Origin: Prosthecochloris vibrioformis
Lineage (GTDB): Bacteria; Pseudomonadota; Alphaproteobacteria; Sphingomonadales; Sphingomonadaceae
Direction of reading: 5' to 3'
NCBI GenBank assembly: GCA_943367575.1
Contig: CALRJR020000009.1
Coordinates: forward strand, 2,369-66,368
DNA: 64,000 nucleotides
Positions 61,454-64,000 of this stretch are shown here, in pieces; position 1 is the first letter of the stretch; each line of letters opens with the position of its first letter. Made by a program: the position numbers and the translations under genes. The notes beneath the pieces were generated by a model. The model was not told the DNA's origin. It saw only the letters and a program-made list of their open reading frames with translations, and searched no databases.

Positions 61454-62560
61454 ATGACTGCTTCCCCCTTCACCCCGTCGCGCCGTGGCTTCGTTGCCGG
61501 CACCCTCGCGCTTGCCGGCAGCCCGACGGCTGCGATGGCCGCTGCGCCCGATCGGCTGATCGCCGGCACCTATGCCAGCCGGGGCGGTGCGGGGGTGGTG
61601 CCGTTGAGCGGGACGGCCGATGGCTGGACGGCGGGGGCGCCGGTCGCGGCGATCCGCAATGCGTCGTTCGGGGTGGCGTCGCGCGACGGGCGCTTCCGCT
61701 ATCTGCTCGATGAGAGCGAGGCGGGAAGGCTGGGCATCTATGACCGGTCGCTGAAGCCGCTGGGCAGCGTGTCGACGCTGGGCGCGCATCCGTGCCATGC
61801 CGCGCTCAGCCCGGATGGGGGCATGCTTGCCGTGGCGAACTATTCCAGCGGCAATGTCGCTGTGTGGCGGCTGGACCGCAAGACGGGGCGGCCGGTCGGC
61901 GCGGCGCAGAGCGTGGCGCATCGCGGGAGGGGGCCGGACCAGCGGCGGCAGACCGGGCCGCATGCGCATTGGGTCGGGTTCAGCCGCGACGGGCGGACGC
62001 TCCACGCGGTCGATCTGGGCGCGGATGCGGTGTTCGCGCACCGCGTCGACCCGGCGTCTGGGCGCGTGACCGGGAGCGATGTCGCGTATCGTGCGGCGCC
62101 GGGATCGGGGCCGCGCCACCTGGCCTGGCACCCGCGCCTGCCGGTCGCCTATCTGCTGGCCGAACTGGCGAATACGGTGACGGTGCTGCGCGCGCGTCCC
62201 GATGGCGGGTTCACGGCGGGCGCGACGCTATCGACCCTGCCCGCCGGGTTTGGTGGCGCATCCTATGGTGCCCATATCGCGATCAACCGCGCCGGGACGC
62301 GGCTGTATCTGTCGAACCGCGGCCATGACAGCATCGCGATATTCGCCATCGCGCGCGACGGCGGGCTGAGCCTAGTGCAGCATGTCAGCTGCGGCGGGCA
62401 TTGGCCACGCCTGTTCCTGCTGCGCGAGGATCGCGGCGAGTTGCTCGTCGCCAACGAGCGGTCGGGCAACGTCGCGGTGCTGCGGATTCAGGCCGACGGA
62501 CGGCTTGCCGAGCCGGAGCGCGGCCCGGCGATTGCTGGCGTGGTGTTTCTGTCGGTTTAG
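61454..62560 (+). CDS. exported (Tat-like signal) beta-propeller lactonase family protein (6-phosphogluconolactonase / cycloisomerase-2-like)
   Basis: It is the 3' part of the 880-aa ORF 59918..62560, with ATG at 61454. The signal region is SRRGFVAGTLALAGSPTAAMA. It has repeated propeller blocks (HPCHAALSPDG, GPHAHWVGFSRDG, GPRHLAWHP, LYLSNRGHDSIAIF). Confidence 0.82.
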   Translation: MTASPFTPSRRGFVAGTLALAGSPTAAMAAAPDRLIAGTYASRGGAGVVPLSGTADGWTAGAPVAAIRNASFGVASRDGRFRYLLDESEAGRLGIYDRSLKPLGSVSTLGAHPCHAALSPDGGMLAVANYSSGNVAVWRLDRKTGRPVGAAQSVAHRGRGPDQRRQTGPHAHWVGFSRDGRTLHAVDLGADAVFAHRVDPASGRVTGSDVAYRAAPGSGPRHLAWHPRLPVAYLLAELANTVTVLRARPDGGFTAGATLSTLPAGFGGASYGAHIAINRAGTRLYLSNRGHDSIAIFAIARDGGLSLVQHVSCGGHWPRLFLLREDRGELLVANERSGNVAVLRIQADGRLAEPERGPAIAGVVFLSV

Positions 62561-62685
62561 GGATTGAGGACGCAAGCGACCGCTTTCAGTGTAGTCGCCG
62601 GGCGGTTCAATTGGGTAGTCTGATGAAGGTCCGCTTATGGTCTCGCGGGACTTGTGGTGGGGCGGCAAGGATTGGAGCGTGCGAC

Positions 62686-63228
62686 ATGACCGGACAAGTT
62701 ATTGCTGTTGCCAAGGATGGCAGTCATCGCTTTTCCAAGTGCATCGTGCCCGAAATCACGATCGTTTCAGGTCTCGGGGTTGAGGGAGACGCACACCAAG
62801 GTGTGACGGTGAAGCATCGTTCCCGGGTCAAGGCCGATCCAACACAGCCCAATCTTCGCCAAGTTCATCTGATCCACTCCGAACTGTTCGACGAAGTCGC
62901 AATGCGCGGCTTTCGGGTGGCGCCGGCTGATTTGGGCGAGAACATCACGACGAAGGGCATCGACCTGCTTGGGCTCCCCAGGGGCGCGCACCTAAAGATT
63001 GGCGAGGAAGTCGTTCTGGAAGTCACGGGCCTGCGCAACCCATGTGCTCAAATCGATAACTGGCAGAAAGGACTGCTCTCGGCGGTGCTCGACCGGGGGG
63101 CGAATGGCGAACTGATCCGCAAATCCGGCATAATGTCCGTGGTGTTGCGGGGCGGGCAAGTGCGTGCCGGTGATCGCATCATTGTCGAGTTGCCCCCGCC
63201 GCCCTTCGTGCCGCTGGAACGCGTATAA
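62686..63228 (+). CDS. MOSC domain protein, in a lower-GC segment
   Basis: ORF 62401..63228, with ATG 62686 (GGAG upstream). It has the blocks GLGVEGDAH, LGENITTKGIDL, and EVTGLRNPCAQID with the conserved Cys. A hand count of 62701-62800 gives 54 G+C per 100 nt. Confidence 0.8.
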   Translation: MTGQVIAVAKDGSHRFSKCIVPEITIVSGLGVEGDAHQGVTVKHRSRVKADPTQPNLRQVHLIHSELFDEVAMRGFRVAPADLGENITTKGIDLLGLPRGAHLKIGEEVVLEVTGLRNPCAQIDNWQKGLLSAVLDRGANGELIRKSGIMSVVLRGGQVRAGDRIIVELPPPPFVPLERV

Positions 63229-63364
63229 TCCGACGCGCGCTTCTGACGGTCGGCTTGCGGCCCTTCGACACGCTCAGGGCAAACCGCTGCAGCGCGATCC
63301 ATGTCCAGCGCGACTCCAACTCCGCTGAAACCTGACGCCGGTCCGCTGCTATTCGATGCAGCAC

Positions 63365-63387
63365 TCCCCTCCCGGCAAGGGAGGGGA
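63365..63387. terminator. hairpin TCCCCTCCC-GGCAA-GGGAGGGGA between convergent genes
   Basis: It has a perfect 9-bp stem and lies 18 nt beyond the maeB stop. There is no clear T tract on either strand. Confidence 0.35.
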
Positions 63388-63404
63388 TGGACTGTCCAGA
63401 TGAC

Positions 63405-64000
63405 CTACCGCGCGATGCCCCCCGCAGCCAGCACCGCCAGCGTCACCAGATCGCCTGCGCTGCTGGTCATCGGTGCGACCTGGACCGGCTTTTCCATGCC
63501 GACCAGCATCGGGCCGATCATGCTGTCGCCGCCCAGTTCGCGCAGCAGCTTGGCGGAGATATGCGCGGACTGCAGGCCCGGCATGATCAGGATGTTGGCC
63601 GGGCCGGACAGGCGCGCGAAGGGGTAGTTGGCGAGCTGACGCGGGTTGAGTGCCACGTCGGGGGCCATTTCGCCTTCATATTCGAAGCTGACGCCGCGCC
63701 CGTCGAGCACCTTCACCGCATCGCGGATATTTTCCAGGAACGCGCCCTTGGGATTGCCGAAGTTGGAGTAGCTCAGGAACGCGACGCGCGGCTCGTGGCC
63801 CATCTGGCGCGCGACCTGAGCGGTCTGTTCGGCGATGTCGGCCAGTTCCTCGGCGCTGGGGCGTTCGTTGACCGTGGTGTCGGCGATGAACACCGTGTGC
63901 GACTGGCCGACCATCAGGTGCATGCCGAAGGCGGTGCGGCCATCGGCGACGTCGATCACGCGGCGCACTTCGCGCAGCGTCTGCGAATAGGTGCGGGTGA
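63405..64000 (-). CDS. maeB: NADP-dependent malic enzyme, C-terminal phosphotransacetylase-like domain; the 5' part lies right of the window
   Basis: The track ORF 63405..63968 begins at an internal GTG. The frame stays open to the window edge (..TRTYSQTLREVRRVIDVADG). The blocks VAFLSYSNFG, ILIMPGLQSAHI and GPMLVGM match the PTA-like tail of MaeB. Confidence 0.85.
   Translation of the reverse strand, partial: TRTYSQTLREVRRVIDVADGRTAFGMHLMVGQSHTVFIADTTVNERPSAEELADIAEQTAQVARQMGHEPRVAFLSYSNFGNPKGAFLENIRDAVKVLDGRGVSFEYEGEMAPDVALNPRQLANYPFARLSGPANILIMPGLQSAHISAKLLRELGGDSMIGPMLVGMEKPVQVAPMTSSAGDLVTLAVLAAGGIAR

Noticed and set aside
1-64000. CRISPR arrays, IS elements, prophage genes, toxin-antitoxin pairs or known defence-system genes
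   Set aside because: No regularly spaced repeats, transposase-like ORFs, or nuclease, helicase or ATPase defence-type proteins were seen. All gaps between genes are under about 235 nt.

Overview
This is a high-GC window (hand counts of about 69 G+C per 100 nt in typical coding stretches) that is densely coding with no large gaps. The gene content looks like a sphingomonad-type alphaproteobacterium, but that is an inference and was not verified.

I call 57 protein-coding genes, two of them cut by the window edges, plus one tRNA-Gln(UUG). I saw no rRNA, CRISPR array, IS element or integrase.

Layout, left to right:
1. 1-5.4 kb: a pentose/hemicellulose module with an IlvD/Edd sugar-acid dehydratase, a mutarotase, a FucP/GluP-type MFS transporter, a GH43 enzyme and an esterase.
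2. 5.4-9.3 kb: the conserved tesA / ybbA-ybbP unit.
3. 9.4-21.3 kb: a locus tied together by five intergenic copies of a LacI-type palindrome (consensus TGCAATCGATTGCA). It contains a GH68 levansucrase-like enzyme, a fructokinase, an MFS transporter, a TonB-dependent receptor (TBDR), a LacI regulator and four secreted ester/amide hydrolases.
4. 21.3-26 kb: a secreted S1 protease, an FMN reductase and a second TBDR.
5. 26-46 kb: orphan catabolic operons. One encodes MFS, Rieske oxygenase, VOC, LigB-type dioxygenase, formamidase, BASS and TauD. A second encodes ribokinase, a RutA-like monooxygenase, a RutB-like hydrolase, a deaminase-type amidohydrolase, MFS and an M20 peptidase. A third encodes an SDR, TauD and a nitroreductase. 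A 790-aa AraC regulator fused to a complete acetamidase/formamidase domain sits between them.
6. 46-52 kb: tRNA-Gln followed by housekeeping and stress genes (ilvE, marR, hemerythrin, proC, ybjN, ubiK, tspO).
7. 52-64 kb: an RND efflux pair, an ScfR-type regulator divergent from a small ORF, terminator, acyl-CoA dehydrogenase and SDR, then an AI-2E transporter, a lactonase, a low-GC MOSC gene and the maeB 3' end.

The best candidates for undescribed biology are:
- the AraC::formamidase regulator fusion and its free paralogue;
- the palindrome-defined sucrose/esterase regulon, possibly for acylated sucrose or fructan use;
- the hybrid Rut-like operon.

All functional calls rest on motif recognition by eye and recalled family knowledge. 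No database search was run.
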